This document shows positions 1 through 12,147 of a stretch of 64,000 nt of DNA, piece by piece. The first letter of the stretch is position 1. The number at the start of each line of letters is the position of its first letter. The notes beneath the pieces are model-generated. The model did no database searches. It saw nothing but the letters and a program-made list of their open reading frames with translations, and was not told the DNA's origin. Location of the stretch: positions 6,138,001 through 6,202,000 of the forward strand of contig JBHGNT010000005.1 of NCBI GenBank assembly GCA_043228905.1. Direction: 5' to 3'. A program made the position numbers and the translations under genes. The DNA is from Azolla caroliniana. Its lineage: Eukaryota; Plantae; Polypodiophyta.

Positions 1-830
1 TTTTTTGGTTCAGTAGAAATTGTCTTTAAGAGAAATGATAATTTAGTATCAGAGTCACTATATGAAGTATCTCAAAAAGTAGAGGTCAGTTTTTCTATAA
101 TGTGATGGGAAGTGTATAAATTATCGCAATGGGGGTATCAGCATTTCTAAAATGCAATTGGAAGTTTATAGATTCTAACAACGGTAGTATCAACAGTTCT
201 AACATACGATAGCAAGGGTAGTTAGTATCAGCATTTCAAAAACAGAATGGAAGGGTACAAATAGGAGTATGTACATATGTATAGAAGTGGTTTTTCTGCC
301 TAATGTATTTGTGTCTTTATTGTTCTAAAATTAAGTGCTATACATCCAAAGTTATCCAACAATTATTGTCATTTTATGGCAATTTGCAACATCTTGTGCC
401 TTCTAATGGACCCACTTCAAAGTTGTAGACAAAGTCCTATTCAATACGCTTCCTTGTACATTGGGAACATAGCATCATTTGGTATCTCATACAAGATCCA
501 CTCTCATCTTAATTTCAATTATTCAAAGTGCTTGTAAAAGTGCAGATCATTCATCTATTTCAAACCCTCATGCATTGGCTATGAAAATGGGTCATGGTTC
601 AAGATTGAATGAAGTATTAGATTAGCTTTGATAAAAGTGTTAAAGGATATTCAAAGTGAGGTGTGGATTCCAAATAATAGTATATGCCATTCATAATCAA
701 AATGATAGTAATTGCAGTCTCCCTAAATCCATGCAATTGTGTATATATTGTTATTGACCATTCACACCACACCAAGGAAATAGATCTTTTGTAGTGGCAC
801 TATGTGGTGTCACTCTCTCACTCTCTCTCT

Positions 831-1042
831 TTTTTTATCGTAATTACCTTACCCTAGTGGTAAGTTGTTAGCACTACAAGCATTGCATTGTGGGTTCGAA
901 ACCCAACTTCCTCTCCTCTCTATTGTATACTTCTTATATATCTCTTAATTCACTAGATGCCACTGTGAAATGTAAGGGTTGAACCCATGACCACCTGGTC
1001 TCCATTGGGCAACCTTACCAACTGAGCTACATCCATCTGGGC
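831..1042 (-). mobile_element. tRNA-derived SINE-like element, copy 1 (second tRNA-like promoter on the opposite strand)
   Basis: Minus strand reads GGATGTAGCTCAGTTGG...GGGTTCAACCC (Pol III A/B boxes) and ends in an A-rich tail (ATAAAAAAA then GA repeats). Plus strand ~848-907 reads TAGTGGTAAG...GGGTTCGAAACCC. A homologous copy lies at 7097-7265. Confidence 0.7.
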
Positions 1043-2225
1043 TCTCTCTCTATGTCTCTCTCTATACATAAATGACATCGTCTTGCTCTCAGAGTCTGAA
1101 CACGACCTACAAAAGCATCTTAATGCCTTGGATGACTTTTGCACACAATGAGGACCGGTAGTGAATCTAGCGAAAACTAAAGTTCTTATCTTTCATACAT
1201 TGTCTCGAGTTAGGAGTAAATGTCACCTAATCCTCTTTCATAAACCAGTTGAGGTAGTTGGATCATATGTGTACTTAGGAATCACCTTTAGTGCTAGTTC
1301 AGGTAAATTCTTGATGACCCAAGCAACCAAAGATAGACTAACGAGAGGGTATGCATCCCTCTAACTCTTAGAGAGACAATGCCACCAGGCATACTTTCAA
1401 GAGCCACGGACTAAGGGATGGCTCTTTGACTCATTAGTGACCCCTTCCCTCATGTATGCATCGATAGTATGGGCTCCAAGTCTATAATCCTTTCTGTGGA
1501 CGCAATTAGAGAGACCTCTAGTGATGATGTCATCACGTCAACTCCGAAGCAAATCGACAATACCACATGACATTATTAGAGCAGAGTTCAATTTGCCCCC
1601 AATGTTAGTAGAAGCACTTTTCCAAGTGGTAGTTTTTATTCATCAAATACATAGCCAACCACAAGATAGGATATCCCGTCACACCTTTGAGGCATCCTGA
1701 TCCCTATATGCGCTCGGAGACATTAGCTCTTGGTATACCATTGTTGTGAGTTGGTTACTTGCAAATGGCATAGACATTAATAACCTACCTCCCCTTAAGT
1801 ACAACCATGGGATTGATCAAACTTTAATCTCTCATGAAGAGCGCAATAAAGTAATACACCAAGAAATATGGCAAATTTACACCCGATATAAATGGATCAC
1901 CCCACGAGAGCCACTCCCATCTAAAATGTTGTACTATAAGTAACACTTCTCGCACTTCTCTAAGTTAGGTTTTATTACACGACCAAAATATCTAGATATA
2001 TTCTTATCAAATGGACTAAGGGTAGCCATTGGACAACTTAGGATATCATCTCACCAACTTGAGATTAAGAATGGACGTGTTAATAGAGTCCCTGAAGAGG
2101 AAAGGCTATGTAGGTTATGTCACTTAGAGATAGAGGATGAGCGGGCGAAATACCAGGACATACTAGGACCCTCTCCCACCCTCTCCAAGCTATTAGATAC
2201 CCCGGATATAAAGAGACTACATAGG

Positions 2226-3983
2226 TGTTACCCATATAGGTGTACGGGAGGGTTATGTGTAATGTGGAAGGTGTAACGTGGAATATCAAAAGTTAACGTG
2301 TGAGTGATAGGTGGGGTAAGTAGGTGTAACTACCCCCCACTCGGCTTTTTGTAAGGTATTAATCTTGTACTATTGTGAAATGCACATAAGAGATCAAAAC
2401 CAGTCTACTTAGCTTCTTACTTCTTAATCAATTTATAGTTGATACAACGAAACCCATTTGGGTTGGCTTGGCTAAAAAGGGTGTGCTAAAAGGGTGGGTC
2501 AACTTGGGTACGTGCATCCAAAAAAGGGTGAGCTAAAAGGGTGGCACAAAGGAACACATGCACGCCACATTTCCCCCTTGTGAGAAACAAGAGATTGAGG
2601 GGCATGAACAAGAACAAGAACAATGGCTTGTCGAAGGAGGGGGAGCATCTGATGGCAGGTTTCAAATGGAAATCCATGGATGATTCTAGTGCGAGGCGAG
2701 GGTTACGCCCATAGAGTGCTCGAAAAGGGTTGATTTATGCAACCATCTCGTGTTTGAGGGTCTTGTTGAGGTGTTCGGTGAAAATGGTGTGGGGATGTAA
2801 ACATCTACGGACACGTAGTTGAGTTGAATCGACGTTGAGGACATCCCCGTGGAATTGTTGGCCTTGATAGTTGGACAGGGCTAGTGACGGAAAACGAGCT
2901 ATCAATCGGCGAATAAAGATCAATCACTCCTGTGGACTAAGGGCCACCTGGACTTTGCTAAGGTGGGGGATGGGAGGGCTATCGTGTCAGAGGGGGATCA
3001 AGGAAAGATCATATGGCGGCGAAGATTAATCGCTCTTGTGGACTGAGGGCCACATGGACTTGGTTGAGGTGGGGGATATGAGGGCTATCGTGTTAGAGGG
3101 GGATCGAGGAAAAGATCATTTGGCAAAGAAAGATCAATCACTCTTGTGGACTAAGGGCCACCTGGACTTGGTTGAGGTGGCGGACAGGAGGGCTATCGTG
3201 TAGGAGGGGGATCAGAGAAACTCATGGGACAAGAAGTTAGTGGGCAACCTAAGGTGAGGGGGAAGAGTTGGTGGGGCAAGACATAAAAGTGGTGTGAGAA
3301 AGTGAGAGTGTCTAAGGTGAAGGTGTAGTGGGCTTGCGTGCTAGAGAGGTATAGATGGCGATCGCAAAAAAAAGACTTGGATGGAGGAAGCGATGGATGT
3401 CGGGAAGCCTAACAAGTGAACTAAGGCGGTGCTAATGGCAGAGATACTACTACAAGAGACTAACAAGAGGGTCGGTGATGGTGGCGAGGGCGATGCTACC
3501 TATGAAGCGGAAGAGGTGGATGCTTGGATGTGGGGGCTAGTACCCGTCATCTCCACCAAGATGTGAAATGCACATAAGAGATCAAAACTAGTCTACTTAG
3601 CTTCTTACTTCTTAATCAATTTCTAGTTGATACAACGGAACCCATTTGGGTTGGCTTGGCTAAAAAGGGTGTGCTAAAAGGGTGGGTCATTTTGGGCACA
3701 CGCATCCTAAAAGGATGTGCTAAAAGGGTGGGTCAACTTGGGTACGTGCATCCTAAAAAGGGTGAGCTAAAAGGGTGGCACAAAGGAACACATGCACACC
3801 ACACTAATTAAACCCCACCTGTGGGGCATGAAAAAAAAGAGAAATAATATTGAAGTTACCCTCAACTTGTGTCTATCTTGATTCTCTCTCTCATTCTCTG
3901 TGAATCTCTCTCTCTCTCCCCTCACATTCGAAACCCCTTGGGAAGGGGGTGGAGCTGATCTTGGCTCCACCCCCCACCCATCA
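2226..3983. mobile_element. Probable solo LTR (~330 bp in two pieces, 2226-2373 and 3804-3983) inserted in the LINE
   Basis: Starts TGTTA and ends CATCA. The LINE reading frame breaks at 2225 and resumes just after 3983. The target-site duplication is imperfect (ATAGG / GTAGT-AGG). Confidence 0.5.
2374..3803 (-). mobile_element. Non-autonomous miniature LTR retrotransposon (TRIM-like), 1.43 kb
   Basis: TG...CA direct repeats at 2374-2569 and 3562-3803. Minus-strand PBS TGGTGGAGATG (3558-3548) is complementary to the tRNA-Ala 3' end. PPT CAAGGGGGAAA abuts the other LTR. No recognisable coding domain; three ~105-110 bp internal repeats at ~2915-3215. Confidence 0.8.
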
Positions 3984-4552
3984 GTAGTAGGTATATCTTA
4001 GAGCTAAAAAAACATAGGGAGAATAAATTACAAAGTGTTAACGATAACCCTTTTAATATCCACCAATATAAAACTAATGTAATTTTTCAGGAACAAGGGG
4101 AGATAATAAATGTGGACACACCTACGCCACTCGGCCTCTCTCTTGATGAAGTGGAAATGCAAAGAACAACCAAACGCCCTCGGATGAGGGGCTTCAAAGC
4201 AACTCGACACGGAGTAGAAATGATTAAGAAGATAAGGGAACATGAGCTACGCCGCTTAGAAGCTATGGTTGGGGTACCTCTTACATTGGGACCACAAGCC
4301 ACATCCACATCGAAACCCTTTGACCTCCCGCTTCTTTTCGAGAGACTTGGATGGAAATGAAACTAGGCCTAGTATAAAGCCATTTCCTTATAGAACATGT
4401 TTTTTTTTACTATAACTATTTAGCTTAAGCTCTGTTTTATTATTTATATTTTTTCATTCGATGAATGGGTAAATACCCCATTTTTGTTGTAAACCAATTG
4501 TCTCATGGGCCAAATTTGGCCTTAGAAGACGTTAACATATCTTTCATTCATT

Positions 4553-4564
4553 CACACACACACA

Positions 4565-4612
<48 letters not shown>
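4553..4612. repeat. Compound (CA)n(CT)n(CA)n microsatellite
   Basis: Directly visible. Confidence 0.95.
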
Positions 4613-6485
4613 TTTGTGAGAATTAGATGTTTGTATTTTTGTGTTGATGTGTGATGCTAAATTCAAACGACACATGGAGGCTATAGAAAAGTAAATTGTT
4701 TTGCTAATGATCAACGTTGTTTAGCAAGTTTTCAAGTGGAAATGGTGGAATTTTGGATATTACACCATGTTTTTTAATGGTGAAGGTACCCTGGAGTTTG
4801 TCCCAAGGTTTTGAACGTAACCCTAGAGTTTAATGTGTTAAAGTTAAATTACATGTTGAATTGGCTAGCGCAATGACACCGGAGAACTAGTTATGTATAC
4901 ATATGAGAATTTACTTCATACGTTTTTTGGCTTGACTTTCCTAAATAAGTAGTATTGTGAATTTATGTATACAAATAAAACACGTATATTTATTCTCATA
5001 ATGTGCAATGTGCACGGGCGAAGACTCACGAGTTGCTTTTTATCACGTATTTGGAGATTAAATTCACCACCTTGAATGGTTTGAGCACTTTCTAAATGAT
5101 GAAGCCATTGGGCCAAGTAAGATTGCCACAACTTCGTATTCCAAACTTGCAACCTCACAAGTATAGGGTTAAGGAAGAGGTTTTCCTAAGCCAACTTAAA
5201 AGTTGTCGTTTTGGTATGGAAATGTATACAAGTCTTAGTTTAGGACCACGCAATCATTTTAGAGTTTTGATATCCAAAATCCTTATCCATCTCTCAAGAT
5301 ATCATCGTGAAGTATATTTCTTGTATGTTGTGCACATATATATGATACATAGGGCTTCTTTTGTATGTTTTTGATCCCGTGGGCATGTTTCTTGCCTTTC
5401 AAGGGTGTTAAATGATTGTCTTTGAACCAATCAATTACATAACAAGGTTAGGCAACTTACCGTAAACATATTATTTGCTCCACATCATTAATTTTATAAA
5501 TTGGGACAAAATTGAGGAAAATTCTATCCATGGAGCATCATATTCTTCGTGCACGTGAAAACAATTGTGGTAGTTGTTGGAGGGGTTTGTTGTCCTCAAG
5601 GTGTTGTTACCTGAAGCAAACTTTTTACTCAGCAATGTCCTCTCACATAATAACGATTATAAAAATTCATATATAATATTGTACATAGTCTCATTATTGT
5701 GACACAACACATTATAGCTATCGTAACACTAACACTTTTGTGTGATAGTTGTGCATATCTCTTAAGTGGCAAGCATGCATCATGCTTCAGTAGTGAGATC
5801 GCATAAGACTAGGGGTAATGTATATAGGGAATGTGTTTGTTGCCGAACCATTCAATGCACCAAATCTTGTGCTTGTTCTCGTTGTCTATGATAATGTTCC
5901 TTTTTCTTATTTCCCTTTCCCATTTCAATGTTGATCTAGGCCTTAGCTTGATTCAATCCATATTGACTCAAATGTTGCTTGTGGGGACTGAACATCCACA
6001 CACACCACAAAGTATCTCTATCCATTAACCTTTTGTTTGCCATAATGATCTATATTTTTTGGATGTCTCTTAAACTGGCCTAACACGAGGAATTCATCAA
6101 TTGACTTCTAACTCGGTCCTTGATGCTTACTTGGACCAATTGAAAGCTTTCCAAATCTTGAGGCTTTCTTTGTTAATCAAGTGACGAAAAACCTGATGAT
6201 TACTCCACAGATATCTCCTCCTTGAGACATCCATTTAGAAAGGTAGAGTTCATGTCCATTTGGAATGCTAGCCTCTTCTCGGTCGAGAATAATTTCCAAG
6301 ACTAGCAGTATATTGCATTGTATTTATCCACAGATACATCAACCTCGGGCTTGGTCTTCTATACACCACATTATCCATTTAACGTTGAAAGATCGGTTCA
6401 CTAGGTCCCAAGTCTAGACTCGAGTTCACACATGCACAAATAGAAGAATAGACAAATAGACGTCACATTTTGTTGACTTACTTCA

Positions 6486-7036
6486 TCCTTGTACTTGGTC
6501 TTGTAGACGCACTTTGTTCCTATATGACCTTGTATGATTGGTCTATTGGGTTCCAAGTCTATCTTCACCTCTCTTCGTCCTTTGTACTTGGTCTTGTAGA
6601 CGCACTTTGTTCCTATATGACCTTGTATGATTGGTCTATTGGGTTCCAAGTCTATCTTCACCTCTCTTCGTCCTTTGTACTTGGTCTTGTAGACGCACTT
6701 TGTTCCTATATGACCTTGTATGATTGGTCTATTGGGTTCCAAGTCTATCTTCACCTCTCTTCGTCCTTGTACTTGGTCTTGTAGACGCACTTTGTTCCTA
6801 TATGACCTTGTATGATTGGTCTATTGGGTTCCAAGTCTATCTTCACCTCTCTTCGTCCTTTGTACTTGGTCTTGTAGACGCACTTTGTTCCTATATGACC
6901 TTGTATGATTGGTCTATTGGGTTCCAAGTCTATCTTCACCTCTCTTCGTCCTTGTACTTGGTCTTGTAGACGCACTTTGTTCCTATATGACCTTGTATGA
7001 TTGGTCTATTGGGTTCCAAGTCTATCTTCACCTCTC
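6486..7036. repeat. Minisatellite: six essentially identical 92/93-bp units
   Basis: GTAGACGCAC recurs at 6503, 6596, 6689, 6781, 6874 and 6966. Units differ by a single T indel (TCCTTG vs TCCTTTG). Confidence 0.97.
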
Positions 7037-7096
7037 TCTCTCTTTGTCTCTCTCTCTCACACACACACACACAGTCTCAGTCTCTTTCTCTTCTTC

Positions 7097-7265
7097 TTTT
7101 TATTGTAATTAGCTTACCGTAGTGGTAAGTCATAACACTACAAGCACTTCTCTATTATATACATCTCTATTTCACTAGATGCCACTGTGGAATGTAGGGG
7201 TTGAACCCATGACCACCTGGTCTGCATCGGGCAACCTTACCAATTGAGCCACATCCATTTGGGCC
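7097..7265 (-). mobile_element. tRNA-derived SINE-like element, copy 2 (internal deletion)
   Basis: Colinear with 831-1042 (TTCACTAGATGCCACTGTG...GTTGAACCCATGACCACCTGGTCT...GCAACCTTACCAA). It lacks the plus-strand B-box segment and is flanked by CT/CA microsatellites. Confidence 0.7.
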
Positions 7266-7333
<68 letters not shown>

Positions 7334-7441
7334 CATTTTATGCATTATGAGTAAAATGAGGGGGGTAATTTTGAAAGATCCCCTAAAAATAAAAGGAGAG
7401 GTCCTTTATGCTCTTTTACTTGAGACCAAGTAAAAAAAATA

Positions 7442-7449
7442 AAACCCTA
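7442..7449 (+). promoter_or_regulatory. Telo-box (AAACCCTA) in the NOP56 promoter/5' region
   Basis: Exact AAACCCTA ~140 bp upstream of the ATG. Telo-boxes are established elements of plant ribosome-biogenesis gene promoters. Confidence 0.65.
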
Positions 7450-7530
7450 AAATTTGGAAGAGCCTTAAGCCAACAGGAAGAGCCCTAAAACCCCTCTCTT
7501 CTGAGGTCTCGCTTTGCTCCTGTGAATAAA

Positions 7531-7563
<33 letters not shown>

Positions 7564-7587
7564 GGAGGGAGAGAGAGCTAGCTAGCT

Positions 7588-10500
7588 ATGGCGGATGCAG
7601 GACAGGTCAAGTTTCCATCTGCACCCATTCTTTGTTTACTCTAAAGTGAAATTTCTTCATTCGACCTTCAATTATAGATACAGACGTTCACCTCGTCGTC
7701 TTCTTTAAATCACGGTTAAGTAATTTTGTATGTGTTTTTTCGCTTAATGTTTTTGGTTTTGCAGGTTTTATATCTTTTGTACGAGTCAGCTTCTGGGTAT
7801 TCCCTCTTTCAAGCGTATGGGCTTGATGAAATTGGACAAAATACAGATACAATTCAACAATCCATTGTAGACCTTACCCGATTCGGAAAGGTTGTTAAAT
7901 TGATAGCTTTTACTCCCTTCAGCTCTGCTCTAAATGCTCTGGAACAGATCAATGCAATATCTGAGGGTATGTCGGATATTGTTTCAGCATTTTATGCCTC
8001 TCTTTATTTTGATGTTATCTCGCATTTTCCTCAACATTTTATTTTTTTTTGTTATTTTGATTTGGAGGATTTCTAAAGTTAGGCTGTTTTTATCTCAATC
8101 CTGTTTTTTGATTAACTGTTTTTTTGTACAAAGCTGCTGAAATATATAGTTTTAGTTCTGTTTTCTGTTACACTGCCCTAATTTATGTTAATATTGGAAA
8201 CATTTGTAAATAAATGAATAAATTAGAATTAGTTTCATGTCTCTTTTTTGTTGGTTATTTATCAAATTTGCGAGACCCGTATATTGGCCATCTTCTTATG
8301 TAACCTGATCATGAATGATTATTGCATTTGAAGGTATGCTTCATCTCTACTTGGTTTTTCTTGGTATTGTTGACTAAATAACATATTTCTTGCAATGGAA
8401 AAATTAGAAGAAAATCTGAAAATATTACATTTTGTTTTTGCTCTATTTCCTCAAAATGGACTATCTAATCAAATGGATATAATGTGTACAAGTTTGCTAG
8501 GGTGCATTTTATATTTCATGTACAGTTTTAAGGCTTAATTATTTTATTGGAAGAGGGTTTACCTGGATTCTTATGGCATAATATTCCAAAAAATGTCGTA
8601 TTTATAAAATGGAAGAATAATTTTGTAGATATGTAAAAAAGTATGAATGCTTCTATTATTGTGCCATTTCTTTCCTTAATGGGTTATATAATGTTTGCAA
8701 ACATGATAGGGTTATTGACTGAGGATTTATCAAATTTCTTGGAACTTAACCTACCCAAGGTTAAAGAAGATAAGAAGCCCAAATTCAAAGTTGGAGTTGC
8801 AGAGCCAAAGTTGGGTTCACAAATCCTTGAAAATCTCAAAATTCCATGCCAGAGCAATGAATTCACATCGGAATTGCTACGGGGTGTCCGTTTACATTTT
8901 TCTAAATTTGTCAAGGGCTTGAAGGTATAATTCAGCAATGAATATATTTTATCTCCTGCAGTTTCTTTATGAAATTGAGGATAGTGTATTAAGAAAACTC
9001 TGAACTGGCCATAAGTTGTTTTGGGCATCAACCAGGATACTTTTGAGTTTTGTAAAAGCTACCCAGCCCTCTAGTACAAAACTTTGTCTCCTTAGTTTAT
9101 CATAGGAAACAACCTATGTATATTTGCCAAGGTTTAGAAAACCAAGTTGCATGTCGTTATTGCTAAATTGGGTGAGTTTTTTAAAATATAGTGAAAAATG
9201 AAAGAAAATTTTGAATTGTGGAAAAAATCTGTGCGATTGGCAAGGTGTCACAGCTCTATGTCATTGCCTCCATCCCCATAGTTGCGTTTTTTACTGAGTT
9301 TTAGAAAGTATATTTTCTTTAATAATCTATATTATTTGCAAAAGGCTCATGTTATATATTTGCTGTTTAGGATGGAGATATTGAGAAAGCTCAACTTGGG
9401 CTAAGCCACAGCTATAGTAGAGCTAAAGTCAAATTCAATGTCAACCGAGTTGACAATATGGTCATACAAGCTATTGCATTACTTGATACACTTGACAAAG
9501 ACATCAATACTTTTGGAATGAGAGCAAGGTAAAAGAACTTGCAAATTTTGGTGTATGCCCTCTTATCTTCTTTTTTGTATCTGCGATTTCAAGGACATAA
9601 AAGTGGTCAATGTTTGATATTGTTAATGGTTATTGTAGATTATAGCGAACATACCTAGTAGCATCCATAAGCATCTGTATATATGCCAAACATGGATCGT
9701 AGCATCTATAAGCATCTGTATCTATGTTTAATGGCAAGGATAAAAATTGGAGAAGTTGGAGACTTTTAAGAGTCTGCCTTGAATTTAGCAGTTTTTCCTC
9801 ACGAATATAGTTTGAAGTTACTAATACTGTATGTGAAAAATAATCAAAATATATAAAATTATAAAAGAAGCACAGTAATTGTTATTCATAGTGTATGTAT
9901 TCATCTTACAATTTATACTTAGTTCTCCATGAGGTTCGTTATGTTTTTACCTCACCAAAATAATAATTGCATTCATAATGTGTAGCGATGCTTGTGTAAG
10001 GCAACAAATAATATTTTTTCTTTTTGGATTAGGGAATGGTATTCATGGCACTTCCCAGAGCTAGTGAAGATTATTAACGACAATTATCTCTATGCAAAAA
10101 CGGCTAAGTTTGTCAAGGATAAATCCAAGCTTACAGATGAAGCATTGCCAGAGCTAACTGAGGTAGTTGGAGATGAAGATAAAGCAAGAGAAATCATTGA
10201 GGCTGCCAAGTCTTCCATGGGTTAGTTAATTTTAGAAATATTTCCTTGATTTTGATCCAATTTAAGTTATATTCAACGATACCAACATTAAAATGCGCAC
10301 ATTTCTTGCCATCATTTTTTGTATATAGGGCAAGATATTTCCATAATCGATCTTGTGAATATTGAGAACTTTGCTCAACGTGTTCTTGAGCTGTCGGAGT
10401 ATCGGAAACAACTCCATTCTTATCTCATCTCTAAAATGCAAGCGATTGCTCCAAACTTGGCAGCTTTGATAGGAGAAATGGTGGGAGCTAGGCTTATATC

Positions 10501-11986
10501 TCATGCTGGAAGTCTCACTAATCTTGCCAAATGCCCAGCTTCAACTGTTCAAATTTTAGGTGCTGAAAAGGCACTTTTCAGGTATAATATAGCTATTTTG
10601 TGCATTGGATAAGTTTGTGTACAGTGACCCAATGTTTATTTTTCCCATAAATCTGTGTTTATTTTTTATTGAAATCAAAATTTCCCTACGTTGGTCATGT
10701 AGCATGTCGTACTGAACAACTATCTACTTGTCACTTTAAGATATTAAGAATTCATTTTACTGTAATGATTCACTGTGACATAGTTCAGTGGTGTACCCTT
10801 TTATACATTTAATGTGTTTCTTACAAACCAATCTTTCTCCATTGAATGGAAACTTATGTCTGCAAAATGTTTGCTCGTCACTAAAGAACAACCACTCTTC
10901 TTTCCTCTGTCATGTAACATTTCTTTATACTAGTAGCTTTCAAATATTAAAGCAGTGTTTGCAAGTGAATTATATGCTTCGAAAGAAATGAATGCTATCC
11001 TTTTTTGTTATTCCCAGAGCCTTGAAAACAAAAGGCAATACACCTAAATATGGTCTCATTTTCCACTCATCCTTCATTGGAAAAGCAACCACTCGAAACA
11101 AAGGCCGTATTTCCCGCTACCTTGCCAACAAATGCTCTTTAGCTTCACGCATTGATTGCTTCTCAGGTTTTACTTTTTCTCTAGCTACCATCAATTCGAT
11201 ATATTTATTTCATGCTAACAATTCTTAGTTCATTATTACAAAATGCAGCTTATGATCACAAAATTTACTTTCTAAACCCTTCCTTTTTTATTTGTTGTTG
11301 CAGAGGTAAACTCTAGTATATTTGGAGAGAAGCTTCGTGGACAAGTTGAAGAAAGGTTGGATTTCTATGATAAAGGTATTGCACCACGCAAAAATATGGA
11401 TGTAATGAAGGAGGCTTTGGATGCTGCAACAAATGAAGCTCCTGAAGCAAATGGTTCTATTGCAAATGGTGGCCATCCTCAAGAGAGTAAGTTTATTAGT
11501 AATCTAAATAGATACTCTACTCTCTCCTTCTATTACACTTTTAGGTTACATGTTTCTCTGAAAGTTAAGAACCAAGGCCTTACTGGTCTACTTTTAGATT
11601 TTTGCAAATGTATATAACAGGAATGTAGAAAGGAGATAATGATAATATTGATTTTTTTCACTTTAGATGGTGGAAAGAAGAAAAAGAAGGCAAAAAGCGG
11701 TGATTTGGAGATAGATTCTGCAAATGGTGGAGAGGAAGCCAAGATTGATGAGTCTGCAAAGAAGAAAAAGAAAAAATCTAAAAACGAAGATGTAGAGATG
11801 GTATCACAAGACGAGTCGTCAAAGAAAAAGAAAAAGAAGAGGGATGATGTTTCTGATGTGGAATCAGACAAATCAGCAAAGAAGAAGAAAAAGGCTACTT
11901 CTGATAAGTCTGGTGATGAGGTTAGCACTCCAATAGAGAAGAAAAGTGCGAAGAAGAAGAAGAAGGGTGTTAGTTCTGAGGATTGA
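7588..11986 (+). CDS. NOP56: Nucleolar protein 56 (box C/D snoRNP core protein), 561 aa, 9 exons
   Basis: Exons 7588-7605, 7765-7966, 8710-8924, 9371-9528, 10033-10220, 10329-10581, 11018-11166, 11304-11486, 11667-11986; all GT-AG and phase-consistent (1686 nt). Motifs [98 protein letters not shown]; Lys/Glu-rich tail. Confidence 0.95.
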
Positions 11987-12147
11987 ATGAAAATGAGTGC
12001 ATGAAGGAATGCTTTTATATGCCTCAGTGTTCTTTTATGTGATATTGGTGGGCATTTACTGAAGCTTTTTTGATGTTTGCTTCATTTGCCAAAAAGCATT
12101 GTTTGGAGTCTTCTTGCCTACTCCTACATAACTCTTCAACTAACTCT

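Larger units (their letters stand above)
1062..4552 (+). mobile_element. 5'-truncated, degenerate non-LTR retrotransposon (LINE ORF2 3' half), interrupted by the 2226-3983 insertion
   Basis: Translates LYINDIVLLSESEHDLQKHLNALDDFC...VNLAKTKVLIF...YVYLGITF (decayed YADD region), then LRISSHQLEIKNGR...ERLCRLCHLEIEDE and DIKRL. It resumes after the insertion as RYILELKKHRENK... to a stop at 4360 and ends in a short (TTCA)n tail. Multiple stops and frameshifts. Confidence 0.8.

Noticed and set aside
831-1042. Functional tRNA genes
   Set aside because: A/B boxes are present but there is no coherent acceptor or anticodon stem; the sequence is repeated and has an A-rich tail, so it is SINE-like.
2374-2569. 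Cassandra-type 5S rRNA-containing LTR
   Set aside because: No recognisable 5S rRNA internal-promoter sequence in the LTR.
4700-6450. Possible decayed transposase or gene fragment
   Set aside because: Only short ORFs with no motif I could recognise.
6486-7036. CRISPR-like array or repeat-protein ORFs (6401-7112)
   Set aside because: The units are contiguous with no unique spacers, there are no cas genes and the context is eukaryotic. The ORFs are by-products of a 93-bp period.
7967-11666. Intronic box C/D snoRNAs in NOP56
   Set aside because: No consensus RTGATGA...CTGA pair with a terminal stem was found by eye in the introns.
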